DNA from: Fusobacteriota bacterium
GTDB taxonomy: Bacteria; Fusobacteriota; Fusobacteriia; Fusobacteriales; JBNJFI01
Length of the DNA stretch: 44,163 nt
Reading direction: 5' to 3'
Assembly: GCA_051746725.1 (NCBI GenBank)
Contig: JBNJFI010000008.1
Span: 1-44,163, forward strand
Each line of letters begins with the position of its first letter. The first letter of the stretch is position 1. Of this stretch, positions 9,170-20,401 are shown piece by piece. Below the pieces are notes generated by a model. The model had not been told where the DNA came from and did not search any database. It was given only the letters and a program-made list of their open reading frames with translations. The position numbers and the translations under genes are program-made.

Positions 9170-10149
9170 ATTGGATAGAGGCACGGATTAAATTTAGATC
9201 AAAGGATATAAGCTTTTTAGATATAAAAAACAAAAAAGATTTTGAAGAAAATAAAGAATATAAAGAAAATACTGTGGAGAGTTTAAAAGATATATTTTAT
9301 GAATTTGGATTAAGGGAATTATTATTTCAAGATAAAGAAACTAATATAGAAGATGGATTTATCAATCAAAAAAGTCCATTCTCTGGTGCCATAATTGGGT
9401 ATTTTATTGATAACAGGTACTCTGATTCAAAAAAGCAAGTTTTAAGAGAAAAGATAAAAAAATTTGAATCTAAAGATATAAATAAAAGATATAAACTTCA
9501 AGCATCTGTTGATTACAAAAAAGTTTCTGATACAGATTGGAAAGATAATTGGAAATCTTATTTTACCACTACTAAAATATATGAAAATATTATTGTAAAA
9601 CCAAAGTGGGAAGATTATATATCTCAACCAGGAGAAGTTGTTATAAATATTGATCCTGAAAATTCATTTGGTACTGGTACCCATCCAACAACGAGCTTAT
9701 GTATAGAAAAAATGACAGAAGTTTTGGATGGAAAAGACGATATGATTGATATTGGTACTGGATCTGGAATACTTATGGTTGTTGCAAAAAAGTTAGGGGT
9801 AAAAAATATAACTGGAATTGATATAGATCCTGAAGCAATTAAAATAGCTAAAAAAAATCTGGAATTAAATAAAATTAATAAAAATTTCAAATTATATGCT
9901 GGAGAATTAAAAAATAAGATTAGAAATAAAAAGTTTGATCTGATAATAGCAAATATGCTTTCAAATATAATCTTGGAGATTATTCAAGAGATAAAAAATA
10001 TAATGAAAGAAGATTCTATATTTATTTTCTCTGGTATACTTAAAGAAGAAAAAGATGTTTTTATCTCAAAGTTAAAAGATCATGGATTTGCAGTTATTGA
10101 TATTAATACTAAAAAAGATTGGATTTCAATCTCGGGGAGGTTAAAATGA
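9166..10149 (+). CDS. prmA: Ribosomal protein L11 methyltransferase
   Basis: DWKDNWKSYF, FGTGTHPTT, DIGTGSGIL, DIDP and SGIL motifs. Confidence 0.92.
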   Translation: MNWIEARIKFRSKDISFLDIKNKKDFEENKEYKENTVESLKDIFYEFGLRELLFQDKETNIEDGFINQKSPFSGAIIGYFIDNRYSDSKKQVLREKIKKFESKDINKRYKLQASVDYKKVSDTDWKDNWKSYFTTTKIYENIIVKPKWEDYISQPGEVVINIDPENSFGTGTHPTTSLCIEKMTEVLDGKDDMIDIGTGSGILMVVAKKLGVKNITGIDIDPEAIKIAKKNLELNKINKNFKLYAGELKNKIRNKKFDLIIANMLSNIILEIIQEIKNIMKEDSIFIFSGILKEEKDVFISKLKDHGFAVIDINTKKDWISISGRLK

Positions 10150-10817
10150 GTTTCATTGTGGCTATTGATGGACCAGCAGGAAGTGGTAAGAGTACTATTT
10201 CAAAACGAGTTGCCAAGGATTTAAATTTAAATTATTTAGATACAGGTGCAATGTATCGGTTAGTAACTCTAAAAATATTAGAAGAAAATATTGATATCTC
10301 AGATAAACAAAAAATTATGGAAACTTTAAAGAATACAAAATTAGATATAAAAGATAATAAATTCTATTTAGACAATAGAGATGTTACTGAAAAAATAAGA
10401 TCTCAAGAAGTCTCAAATAATGTGTCTAAAATCGCATCACTAAAAATAGTTAGGAAGAATTTAGTAAAAAAACAAAGAGAAATCGCTCAAGAAAAACGAG
10501 CTATATTAGATGGAAGAGATATTGGAACAGTTGTTTTTCCAAATGCAGAATTAAAAATATATTTAAATGCAACAATTGAAGAAAGAGCTCGGAGACGATA
10601 TAGAGAATATCAAGAAAAAGGAATCGACAGCGATTATAAAGATATATATGAAGAAATTCAAAAAAGAGATAAACAAGATATGAATAGAGAAATAGGAGCC
10701 TTAAAAAAGGCAAAGGATAGCATAGAAATTGATACTACAGAGCTTTCAATTGATGATGTTGTATCCAACATAGAAGAGTTGATACACAAACAAATTTTAG
10801 ATAAGATGTTAGGATAG
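10146..10817 (+). CDS. cmk: Cytidylate kinase
   Basis: AIDGPAGSGKST, LDTGAMYR, DGRDIGTVVFP; ATG 10146 overlaps the prmA stop. Confidence 0.97.
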   Translation: MSFIVAIDGPAGSGKSTISKRVAKDLNLNYLDTGAMYRLVTLKILEENIDISDKQKIMETLKNTKLDIKDNKFYLDNRDVTEKIRSQEVSNNVSKIASLKIVRKNLVKKQREIAQEKRAILDGRDIGTVVFPNAELKIYLNATIEERARRRYREYQEKGIDSDYKDIYEEIQKRDKQDMNREIGALKKAKDSIEIDTTELSIDDVVSNIEELIHKQILDKMLG

Positions 10818-10824
10818 GTGTTAA

Positions 10825-11865
10825 ATGAAAAAAATAATTTATGTAATAATTTTATCAGTATTTATTTTTGGGTTTGGAAAGGGTTTTTTTGAATATAAAA
10901 AATATAAAAAACAAGAAAATGTTGAAGCTGAGAGATTAATAAAAAGGAAAGAAAAACGAGCTCTACTAAAAGATGCCATTAATAAAATAAGAGATGAACT
11001 AGAGGAAAATAATGCTGAGTACTATGAAAATATTGACAGTGGATACCTAGAAATTTCTGCAATTTTGGAAAAAGGAATTAACTTAGATTTTGAAAATGTG
11101 CCTTTAGATCAGCATATGACTGAAAATATAATTAATTTTTATTATGATAATAAGAAAATTGCAAAACTTAAATTGGAGTATTTTATTCAAAATAAACTTG
11201 CAATCATAATAGATGATGTAGGAAGAACCGAAAAAACAGCCTATAAATTTTTAGAAATAAGAGAACCTTTAAATTTTGCTATTTTACCTTTTTTGCCCAA
11301 AACTAAAGAATCGGGAGATATTTTACGAGAAGCTGGCTATTTAACCATGTTACATATGCCAATGGAAGCTATACCCAGAAATTCTGTAGTTAAAGGTTTA
11401 AATAAAAATACAAAAGGACTTATTAATACAAAGATGAGTAGAGAAGAGATAAGAAAAAATATATTTTCTGCACTTGAATCAGTTGGACCAGTAACAGGAT
11501 TAAATAATCACATGGGATCTCAATTTACTTCTGATCGAGAAAAAATGGGATATGCTTTGGAAGTAGCAAAAGAAAACAATCTATTTTATATCGATAGTGT
11601 GACACAAAACACAACTACCGGTTATAAGATTGCAAAAGAAAACGGAATAAAAACTCAAAAAAGAAAAGTTTTTTTAGACAACAAATTGGATATTTCTTAT
11701 ATAAAAAATCAAATAAAAATTGCAACGGATCTAGCAGTCAAAAATGGTAATGTTATTGCTATTGGACATTATCACAGTGAAACTGCACAGGCTATTAAGG
11801 AAATGTTGCCATATATAACAGAACAAGAGGTAAAGTTAGTATATGTAGATGAATTATTAGAATAG
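10825..11865 (+). CDS. Membrane-anchored divergent polysaccharide deacetylase (YibQ/DUF610 family)
   Basis: N-terminal TM; AIIIDDVG, LHMPME, NNHMGS, IDS, VFLDN and AIGH motifs. Confidence 0.9.
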   Translation: MKKIIYVIILSVFIFGFGKGFFEYKKYKKQENVEAERLIKRKEKRALLKDAINKIRDELEENNAEYYENIDSGYLEISAILEKGINLDFENVPLDQHMTENIINFYYDNKKIAKLKLEYFIQNKLAIIIDDVGRTEKTAYKFLEIREPLNFAILPFLPKTKESGDILREAGYLTMLHMPMEAIPRNSVVKGLNKNTKGLINTKMSREEIRKNIFSALESVGPVTGLNNHMGSQFTSDREKMGYALEVAKENNLFYIDSVTQNTTTGYKIAKENGIKTQKRKVFLDNKLDISYIKNQIKIATDLAVKNGNVIAIGHYHSETAQAIKEMLPYITEQEVKLVYVDELLE

Positions 11866-11911
11866 AAACTTATGTGTAAAAATATTAAATATATAGAAAG
11901 ATGAGGATACA

Positions 11912-13069
11912 ATGGAGAAAAATATTGAAAGAATTAATATAAATGATAAAGAGATAATATTAATAGCAACTGCTCATGTTTCAAAAAAGAGTGCTGAGCA
12001 AGTCAAAAAAGTTATTGATGAAGAACAACCGGATAGTATATGTATTGAATTGGATAGAGAACGATACGGATCTATTAAAAATAAAAATAGATGGAATGAT
12101 ATGGATATTTTTGAGGTCATTAAGAAAAAAAAGTCTCTTTTATTACTTACAAATTTGGTTATAAGCTCTTATCAAAATAAAATGGCTGAAAAATTTGGAA
12201 TAAAAGCTGGTCAAGAAATGAGACAAGGAATTGAATCTGCTGAGGAAATAGATGCTAATTTAGTTTTAGCAGATAGAAATATACAAATTACTTTTAAAAG
12301 AATATGGCGTGGATTAAAATTTATGGAAAAAATGAAATTGATGTCTCAACTTTTATTTATGATATTTGGAGAACATGAAATTTCTGAAGATGACATGGAT
12401 GAATTAAAAACAGGTGATGCTTTAAATAGTATTTTAGAAGAAATGGGAGATGAGATGCCTGGACTAAAAAAATATCTTTTAGATGAAAGAGATCAATATT
12501 TGGCTCATGAGATAAAAAATGCTAAAGGTGATAAAATAGTAGCAGTTCTAGGAGCTGCTCATGTTCCTGGAGTCAAAAAAGAGTTAGGAAAAGAACAGGA
12601 TATTTCAAAGATAACTAAATTGCCTCCAAAATCAAATGTTGGAAAATATATAGCATGGTCAATCCCTGCTTTAATATTAGGGATTATTACTTATACTTTT
12701 TTGAATAATTGGGATATGGGAATGGAACAGGCAGGTGCTTGGATAATGTGGAATGGAATATTTTCTGCTTTAGGAGTAATATTGATGAGAGGGCATATAC
12801 TTACTATTCTGACTTCATTTGTGGCTGCTCCTATAAGTTCTTTAAACCCTGCAATAGCTGCTGGTTGGTTTGCTGGAATAACAGAGGCCGTACTTCGAAA
12901 ACCCCAAGTAAAGGATTTTGAAAGTCTTTCGCAGGGAATGGAGTTTAAAGATTTACTAAATAACAAGGTTACAAAAATATTATTAATTGTCGTATTTGCT
13001 AATTTAGGAAGTGTATTAGGAACAATAATTGGTGGAGCAAATGTAATAAAAATATTTTTAAATTTATAA
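11912..13069 (+). CDS. TraB/GumN (PrgY-like) family protein with C-terminal TMs
   Basis: TAHVS, IELD, GQEM, LADRNIQIT, ERD, VLGAAH; hydrophobic C-terminus. Confidence 0.92.
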   Translation: MEKNIERININDKEIILIATAHVSKKSAEQVKKVIDEEQPDSICIELDRERYGSIKNKNRWNDMDIFEVIKKKKSLLLLTNLVISSYQNKMAEKFGIKAGQEMRQGIESAEEIDANLVLADRNIQITFKRIWRGLKFMEKMKLMSQLLFMIFGEHEISEDDMDELKTGDALNSILEEMGDEMPGLKKYLLDERDQYLAHEIKNAKGDKIVAVLGAAHVPGVKKELGKEQDISKITKLPPKSNVGKYIAWSIPALILGIITYTFLNNWDMGMEQAGAWIMWNGIFSALGVILMRGHILTILTSFVAAPISSLNPAIAAGWFAGITEAVLRKPQVKDFESLSQGMEFKDLLNNKVTKILLIVVFANLGSVLGTIIGGANVIKIFLNL

Positions 13070-13084
13070 TATATTATATAAAAT

Positions 13085-13132
13085 AAATAGATGTTATATA
13101 CTATATGATAATGGTATGTATCATCTATTTTT
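13085..13132 (+). terminator. Long imperfect hairpin after the TraB gene
   Basis: AAATAGATG/CATCTATTT plus TATATACTAT/ATGGTATGTA (two G-U pairs) around a 6-nt loop, followed by Ts. Confidence 0.55.
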
Positions 13133-13158
13133 AATTATACTAAATTTTAGGAGGAGAT

Positions 13159-13716
13159 ATGCTGATAGGAAATATTTTTTTAATATCCTTTGCTCTTTCA
13201 TTGGATGCATTTGGACTAGCTTTAGGAATTGGATGTGGAAAAAAATCTAAATTATATGAAAAGTTTTCATTAACATTTTCATTTGGTTTTTTTCAGGGTT
13301 TTTTGGCATTTTTAGGTGCGATTTTAGGAGGTTTTATAAGCCAATATTTTTTCAATATTTCCGGTTATCTAAGTGGGATTATTATAATTATAATTGGAGT
13401 TTTATTCATTAAAGAGGGGTTAGAAAATACTGAAGAATGTTTATACTTAAATTTAACTCTATGGACATTTATAACTTTGGGAGTAAGCGTAAGTATAGAT
13501 GCCCTTGGAGTAGGATTTTCACTATTATATCAGTACTCTTTTATGGCTATTTTTATTAATACGTTGGTAATTGGAGTAATTACAAGTATTATGACGGGAA
13601 TATCATTTTTATTAGTGGGGCATATTAAGAAAATAATTTTAGTTGAAAAATATTCTGATTATATTGGTGGGGTTATCTTGATTATTTTAGGATTAAAAAT
13701 GGTAATAACAGGATAA
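13159..13716 (+). CDS. MntP/YtaF-family putative manganese efflux pump
   Basis: ALSLDAFG and SVSIDALGVG repeats, FGFFQ, GGVILIILG; about 6 TM. Confidence 0.85.
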   Translation: MLIGNIFLISFALSLDAFGLALGIGCGKKSKLYEKFSLTFSFGFFQGFLAFLGAILGGFISQYFFNISGYLSGIIIIIIGVLFIKEGLENTEECLYLNLTLWTFITLGVSVSIDALGVGFSLLYQYSFMAIFINTLVIGVITSIMTGISFLLVGHIKKIILVEKYSDYIGGVILIILGLKMVITG

Positions 13717-13778
13717 TAATTAGAAAACAACTATTTTTTATAGCTTAAATAATATAAAATGAAATCAAGGAGAACAAA

Positions 13779-15248
13779 ATGAAGATAATTTATAATTCAA
13801 AATTAAAAAATTTATTGGAAATTTTGAGGTTTAAAGGGATTCAAATAGAATCGCCATGTAATGGAAATGGGACTTGTGGTAAATGTAAAGTGCGAATAAA
13901 AAATGGAAAAACCAATGATATATCTGAAAATGAGAAAGAAAGATTAAGTGATCAAGAATTGAAAAATGGAGTAAGGTTGGCTTGTATGACTAAAGTAAAA
14001 AGCGATTTAGAAATTGAAATATTATCTAAACAAAATATAAGACAAAAAAAATGGAGAAATTATTCTAAAACCCTTATAGGAATTATGGATTTAGGAACTA
14101 CAAGTATAAAAATAGAGTTTTATGATTATGAGACAAAAAAGCTTATTGACAGAGGAAGTTTTTATAATCCACAAAGAAAATATGGATATGATGTTTTAAA
14201 TAGAATAACTTATGCCTTGTCTGATTCTGATAATTTAAAAGAACTACAAGAAATAATAATAAAAAAAATCAATGAAATTTCTCTTATAAAAAAAACAAAA
14301 AAGCTCATAGTGGCCGGGAATTCAACTATGGAGGCATTATTCCTGGGGTTGTCTCCGAAGAGTTTAACTATACCCCCTTATTCGGCTCCTTTCTGTGATA
14401 GAAAGGTAGTTCTAGGTAGTAAATTAGGATTAAATATGAAAAAAAATGGTAAAGTTAATATTTTTCCTAATTTATCTGCATTTGTAGGGGGAGATACATA
14501 TTCTATATTTAATTATTATATGAAATATAAAAGAGCAGAAAAAAATATTCTTATAATCGATATTGGAACCAATGGAGAACTTTTATATATTGGTGATGAT
14601 AAAGCATTAATAACTTCTACAGCTGCAGGACCTGCTTTTGAGGGGGCATCGCTAGAGTGTGGAATGAATACAAATTCTGGAGCTTTGATAGATATTGAAA
14701 TCGGAGATAATATAAGATATAAAACTATAGAAAATGAAAAAATACAAGGTATATCTGGAACGGGTATTTTTGCTTTAATTTCTGAATTATTAGAAGTTGA
14801 ATTAATTGATAATACAGGGAAATTAGTTTCTGAAACTAATTTGTATCCAAATTTAAATTCTCATTTAAAACAAGGTCGTTTTTATATCGATAACGAAGTA
14901 TATATAAGTCAAAGAGACATAAGAGAGATTCAAAAATCAAAATCTGCTATTAGATCTGCTGTAGATATTATGTCAAAAAAGGTAGAAGATATTGGAGAAG
15001 AAATAAAAAAAATAGTAATAACTGGAAATTTTGGAGAAAATTTAAAAAAAGAGTATATTTTGACCTTAGGTCTATTAAAAAGTGATCAATTTGATGTAAT
15101 AAAAACCAATGAAAACCTTGTAATATCAGGGTTGAGAGCTGATATGAATATGAAAAAAATGACAAACGAAAAATATAATTATGAGTATATAAATTTAAAT
15201 AAAGAAAAAGAATTTGAAGAAAAATACATAAAAAACCTGGATTTCTGA
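13779..15248 (+). CDS. 2Fe-2S / ASKHA ATPase, RACo-like (DUF4445) reductive activator of corrinoid proteins
   Basis: PCNGNGTCGKC...RLAC ferredoxin; DLGTT, NPQRKYGYDVLNRI, FVGGD, IDIGTNGE, TAAGPAFEG, ISQRDIREIQ. Confidence 0.88.
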   Translation: MKIIYNSKLKNLLEILRFKGIQIESPCNGNGTCGKCKVRIKNGKTNDISENEKERLSDQELKNGVRLACMTKVKSDLEIEILSKQNIRQKKWRNYSKTLIGIMDLGTTSIKIEFYDYETKKLIDRGSFYNPQRKYGYDVLNRITYALSDSDNLKELQEIIIKKINEISLIKKTKKLIVAGNSTMEALFLGLSPKSLTIPPYSAPFCDRKVVLGSKLGLNMKKNGKVNIFPNLSAFVGGDTYSIFNYYMKYKRAEKNILIIDIGTNGELLYIGDDKALITSTAAGPAFEGASLECGMNTNSGALIDIEIGDNIRYKTIENEKIQGISGTGIFALISELLEVELIDNTGKLVSETNLYPNLNSHLKQGRFYIDNEVYISQRDIREIQKSKSAIRSAVDIMSKKVEDIGEEIKKIVITGNFGENLKKEYILTLGLLKSDQFDVIKTNENLVISGLRADMNMKKMTNEKYNYEYINLNKEKEFEEKYIKNLDF

Positions 15249-15257
15249 AAAAAAAAC

Positions 15258-15285
15258 TAGACAAAACAAAAAAAATGTGTATAAT
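15258..15285 (+). promoter_or_regulatory. Probable promoter of the HU gene
   Basis: TAGACA, 16 nt, TATAAT, preceded by an A-tract. Confidence 0.55.
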
Positions 15286-15322
15286 AAAGGTGTAATGACT
15301 AATAAATAAAGGAGGAGAGAAA

Positions 15323-15601
15323 ATGACAAAAAAAGATTTTGTTGCAAAAATTGCAGAAAAAAAAGGATTGAAGAAAACGGAAGCTAAAGATTTGGTGGAA
15401 ACTTTTTTAGACACTATTGAAGAAACTTTAGTGGCTGGAGAAGATATCCAATTTATCGGATGGGGGAGTTTTAAAGTAAAAACTAGAAAAGCTAGAAAAG
15501 GTAGAAATCCTCAAACTGGTGAATCTATTGAAATACCAGCGAAAAAAGTAGTTAAATTTAAGCCAGGAAAAACTTTAAAAGAAAATGTAAATACTTTATA
15601 A
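15323..15601 (+). CDS. hup: DNA-binding protein HU
   Basis: GWGSFKVKTRKARKGRNPQTGESIEIPA...KFKPGK; AGGAGG RBS. Confidence 0.96.
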   Translation: MTKKDFVAKIAEKKGLKKTEAKDLVETFLDTIEETLVAGEDIQFIGWGSFKVKTRKARKGRNPQTGESIEIPAKKVVKFKPGKTLKENVNTL

Positions 15602-15604
15602 TTT

Positions 15605-15637
15605 ATAATAAAAACCCGCATTGCGGGTTTTTATTAT
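15605..15637 (+). terminator. Intrinsic terminator of hup
   Basis: ATAATAAAAACCCGCA-T-TGCGGGTTTTTATTAT. Confidence 0.85.
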
Positions 15638-15647
15638 GTAAAGATTA

Positions 15648-15681
15648 GAAATTAGTGGCTTAGATCTAAGCCACTAATTTC
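15648..15681. repeat. 34-bp perfect palindrome with no spacer
   Basis: GAAATTAGTGGCTTAGA|TCTAAGCCACTAATTTC. Confidence 0.9.
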
Positions 15682-15715
15682 ATGTAATTTTAAAAATATG
15701 AAATGAGGAGAAAAG

Positions 15716-16585
15716 ATGAAGATTCGAGGATATTTTTTTATTTTACTATCAGTCTTACTTTTTTCATCAATGACACTGATTGTAAAAACAATAACAGAAG
15801 GTGGATCTATACCGGCAGTTCAGGTGGTTTTTTTTAGATTTGTAATAGGACTAATATCAATACTTGTTATCAAAAAAGTTAAAAATAAAAAAGTAAGACC
15901 AGTTAATAAAAAAGCACTTTGGGCAAGGGGAATATTAAATACTTTAGCTGTGATACTGTTTTTTGTAACAATTCAACTAGCAACAGTAACAAAGGCAAAT
16001 ATATATAACTTGACTTATCCTGTATTTGTTGCATTAATTGCACCATTTGTATTACCGGAAAAATTAACTATTAAGAAATTTTTAGTGGTATTACTCGGTT
16101 TAGCTGGGACATTTTTGGTAGTAGGAGTCAAATTTCAGAGTGTAAATATAGGAGATCTAACAGGAATATTAGCAGGTTTTGTAGCAGGTTTTGCAATTGT
16201 ATCTTTGAGAAAAGTTAGATTAACTGATGATTCTTTTACAATTTTAACATATTTAATGACAATAGGAACAGTAGTTACTTTTGTAAGTTTTGTAGCCTTT
16301 TTTGAAATTCCATCTACATATGAATTAATTTTATTAATATCTGTAGGAATTGTTTCATTTTTAGGGCAATATACCTTAACCTATGGAATGAAATACCTAA
16401 CAGCAGTGGAAACAAGTTTATTATCATCTAGTCGAATATTTATTGCTTCAATATTGAGTGTTATAATTTTAGGTGAAGTATTGACCATGAATATTATTCT
16501 AGGAGGACTTCTAATATTTGTTTCGATTATATTAATGACATTAATTAATAATAAAAATAAGAAAAATGTTGTACGGAGTAAATAA
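15716..16585 (+). CDS. DMT/EamA-family transporter
   Basis: About 10 TM in two EamA repeats (VVFFRF, YPVFVALIAPFVLPEK, ILGE). Confidence 0.9.
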   Translation: MKIRGYFFILLSVLLFSSMTLIVKTITEGGSIPAVQVVFFRFVIGLISILVIKKVKNKKVRPVNKKALWARGILNTLAVILFFVTIQLATVTKANIYNLTYPVFVALIAPFVLPEKLTIKKFLVVLLGLAGTFLVVGVKFQSVNIGDLTGILAGFVAGFAIVSLRKVRLTDDSFTILTYLMTIGTVVTFVSFVAFFEIPSTYELILLISVGIVSFLGQYTLTYGMKYLTAVETSLLSSSRIFIASILSVIILGEVLTMNIILGGLLIFVSIILMTLINNKNKKNVVRSK

Positions 16586-17815
16586 ATGATATATAATATA
16601 ATAAGATATCTAGGCGGAATTATTTTATCTCCTTTTTTGATATTTAAATATAAATTTTTAAAAAAGAGATTATTTTCGTATAAAAAAATATCATTTGGAG
16701 ATTACATATGGTTCCATATGTCTTCTGTTGGAGAAGTTAATTTATCTGAGAGATTAATAAAAAAAATAGCCTCTACAGATGAAAAAATTTTAATAACAGT
16801 TATGACGGACACTGGTATGTCTATCGCTAAAAAAATGTATAAAGAATTAAAAAATGTTCATATAATATATTTTCCTCTTGATGATAAGTTTTTCATTAAA
16901 AAACTTGTAAATAAAATTAACATAAAATTACTTGTATTAATCGAAACGGAAATATGGCCAAATCTCATAAATGAAGTTTCAAAAAAGTCTGAAATAATAC
17001 TTATAAATGGAAGGATATCAGATAAAAGCTATAAAAGTTATTTTAAAATTAAATTTTTATTAAAAAATGTTTTAAACAAAATAGATCATTTTTTTATGCA
17101 AACTGAAAAAGATAAAAAACGAATTATAACTTTAGGAGCTATTCCTTCAAATGTATCTATAAATGGTAATTTAAAATTTAACATATCGCTTCCCAAAGAA
17201 AAAAAGAAAGATCGAGATAAAATTATTTCTAAATATAATATAAATAAAAAAATATTTGTGGCGGGAAGTACTCATGATGGAGAAGAGAAGTTTATTTTAG
17301 AAAATCTAGATTTAAATAAGTTTTTTCTATTTTTAGTGCCAAGGCATATTACCAGGGTAGAAAAAGTTGAAAGATATCTAAATGATAATAATTATGATTA
17401 TATAAAGTGGAGTCAAAAGTTTGATTATAAATTTAAAGGTAATATTGTTTTGGTAGATAAAATGGGTGTTTTAACAAAGTTATATCAAATAGCAGATTTA
17501 GTTTTTGTTGGAGGAAGCTTAGTTAATGTAGGAGGTCATAATTTATTAGAACCTTTACATTATGGAAAAAAACCAATATTTGGTCCTTATATGCAAAATG
17601 CTAAGGAAATTGCAAAAGAAGTTTTGAATCGTAACATAGGTCATCGAATTAAAACTAGCAAGGACTTTCAAGAAGTAGTATCAGATAAATTAAAAAAAGA
17701 TGAAGATTCACAAAGAAAAATGGTTGTCAAAAAAGATTTTAAGATAAAAACCTTTTTTGAAGAAAATCAAAATGGATTAGATCAAATTATAAAATATATT
17801 AACAAAAAAGTTTAA
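16586..17815 (+). CDS. waaA: Kdo transferase
   Basis: WFHMSSVGE, ETEIWPN, NGRISDKS, GNLKF, AGSTHDGEE, VPRH, FVGGSL, GGHNLLEP. Confidence 0.95.
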   Translation: MIYNIIRYLGGIILSPFLIFKYKFLKKRLFSYKKISFGDYIWFHMSSVGEVNLSERLIKKIASTDEKILITVMTDTGMSIAKKMYKELKNVHIIYFPLDDKFFIKKLVNKINIKLLVLIETEIWPNLINEVSKKSEIILINGRISDKSYKSYFKIKFLLKNVLNKIDHFFMQTEKDKKRIITLGAIPSNVSINGNLKFNISLPKEKKKDRDKIISKYNINKKIFVAGSTHDGEEKFILENLDLNKFFLFLVPRHITRVEKVERYLNDNNYDYIKWSQKFDYKFKGNIVLVDKMGVLTKLYQIADLVFVGGSLVNVGGHNLLEPLHYGKKPIFGPYMQNAKEIAKEVLNRNIGHRIKTSKDFQEVVSDKLKKDEDSQRKMVVKKDFKIKTFFEENQNGLDQIIKYINKKV

Positions 17816-17841
17816 TATATAATATTAAAATAATAGATTAA

Positions 17842-19172
<1,331 letters not shown>

Positions 19173-19217
19173 CGTAAGAATATATGCTATAATTATATAA
19201 AAATTAGGAGGTTATCC

Positions 19218-19781
19218 ATGAAAGAATTAATAGAACTTTTTTTGACTTTTTTTAAAATAGGAGGAGTAACCTTTGGCGGTGGATATGCTATGCTTCCTAT
19301 GATACGAAGAGAAATCACTGATAAAAAAAAGTGGGCTACGGAACAAGAGGTTTTGGATTATTACGCTCTGGGACAGTGTACTCCAGGAATAATAGCTGTT
19401 AATACTTCTACTTTTATTGGTTATAAAAGGAGAGGAATATTAGGTGCAATTTTTTCGACATTGGGAATGATAACTCCATCGATAATAATAATAACAATAA
19501 TAGCAATCTTTTTTGGAAAATTTCAAGAGAATATTTATGTTCAATATGCATTAAGTGGAATTAATATAGCTGTTGTAGCATTAATATTAAAAGTTGTAAT
19601 AAGAATGATAAGAAAAGCTTTTAAAGGTATATTTGGATATGTTTTAGGTATAATTTCTTTTTTGGCAATAACAGCTTTTAGTGTTTCTCCTGTTATAGTA
19701 ATAATAACTGCTGCTTCTATAGGTCTAATAGATGCGTCATGGAAAATATATCAAGATGATGAGGAGGAGGATTTTAGATGA
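19218..19781 (+). CDS. Short-chain chromate transporter (ChrA family), first half
   Basis: FFKIGGVTFGGGYAM, GQCTPGIIAVN; extended -10 TGCTATAAT at 19185-19193. Confidence 0.92.
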   Translation: MKELIELFLTFFKIGGVTFGGGYAMLPMIRREITDKKKWATEQEVLDYYALGQCTPGIIAVNTSTFIGYKRRGILGAIFSTLGMITPSIIIITIIAIFFGKFQENIYVQYALSGINIAVVALILKVVIRMIRKAFKGIFGYVLGIISFLAITAFSVSPVIVIITAASIGLIDASWKIYQDDEEEDFR

Positions 19782-20341
19782 TATTATATGTAAAACTTTT
19801 TTTTGAATTTTTCAAAATTGGACTTTTTTCCATAGGAGGAGGATTAGCAACTTTACCTTTTTTGCAAACTATAATGAAAGATTATAATTGGATCACTCAA
19901 AAAGAACTTTTAGATATTATCGCAGTGGCTCAATCGACTCCTGGACCAATTGGTGTTAATTTAGCAACATTTGTTGGATATAAAACAGGTGGGATTCCAG
20001 GTGGAATAATAGCTACTTTTGGACTTGTATTGCCCTCTTTATTTATAATAACTTTGATTGCGCATTTTTTTATGCAGTTTGATGATGATCCTTTTGTAAG
20101 AGGAGCCTTAAAGGGTATAAGGCCAGCTGTAGTTGGACTAATTGGATATGTAGCCTTTGATATAGGAGTGGAGCAGTTGCTGGACCTTTCAAAAAAGGTT
20201 GATTTTAGTTTTGAGTTTATTAATATTAGAGGTCTAATCTTATTAGGAGTATTAATATTTTTAATTGATAAGTATAAGAAACATCCAGTTTATTATCTAG
20301 GAGGTTCTGCTTTGGTGGGATTGGCATTGAAAGGAATTTAG
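19778..20341 (+). CDS. Short-chain chromate transporter (ChrA family), second half
   Basis: FFKIGLFSIGGG, AQSTPGPIGVN, GIRPAVVGLI; ATGA overlap with its partner. Confidence 0.92.
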   Translation: MILYVKLFFEFFKIGLFSIGGGLATLPFLQTIMKDYNWITQKELLDIIAVAQSTPGPIGVNLATFVGYKTGGIPGGIIATFGLVLPSLFIITLIAHFFMQFDDDPFVRGALKGIRPAVVGLIGYVAFDIGVEQLLDLSKKVDFSFEFINIRGLILLGVLIFLIDKYKKHPVYYLGGSALVGLALKGI

Positions 20342-20401
20342 AATGTATCTTAGATATAAATATATTATATTAGTTTTATAAAAAATAGAGGAGGTTTTAT
20401 A

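Noticed and set aside
11912..13069. TraB as evidence of a conjugative element
   Set aside because: It is the TraB/GumN (PrgY-like) family, common on chromosomes; no relaxase, T4SS or integrase genes are nearby.
13070..13158. Possible yybP-ykoY manganese riboswitch upstream of the MntP-like gene
   Set aside because: The gap is only about 90 nt, very AT-rich, holds one simple hairpin and lacks the conserved riboswitch core.
19218..20341. Two chromate transporter ORFs as a frameshifted pseudogene
   Set aside because: Paired short-chain CHR genes are a known arrangement; both are 187 aa, each with its own RBS and an ATGA overlap.
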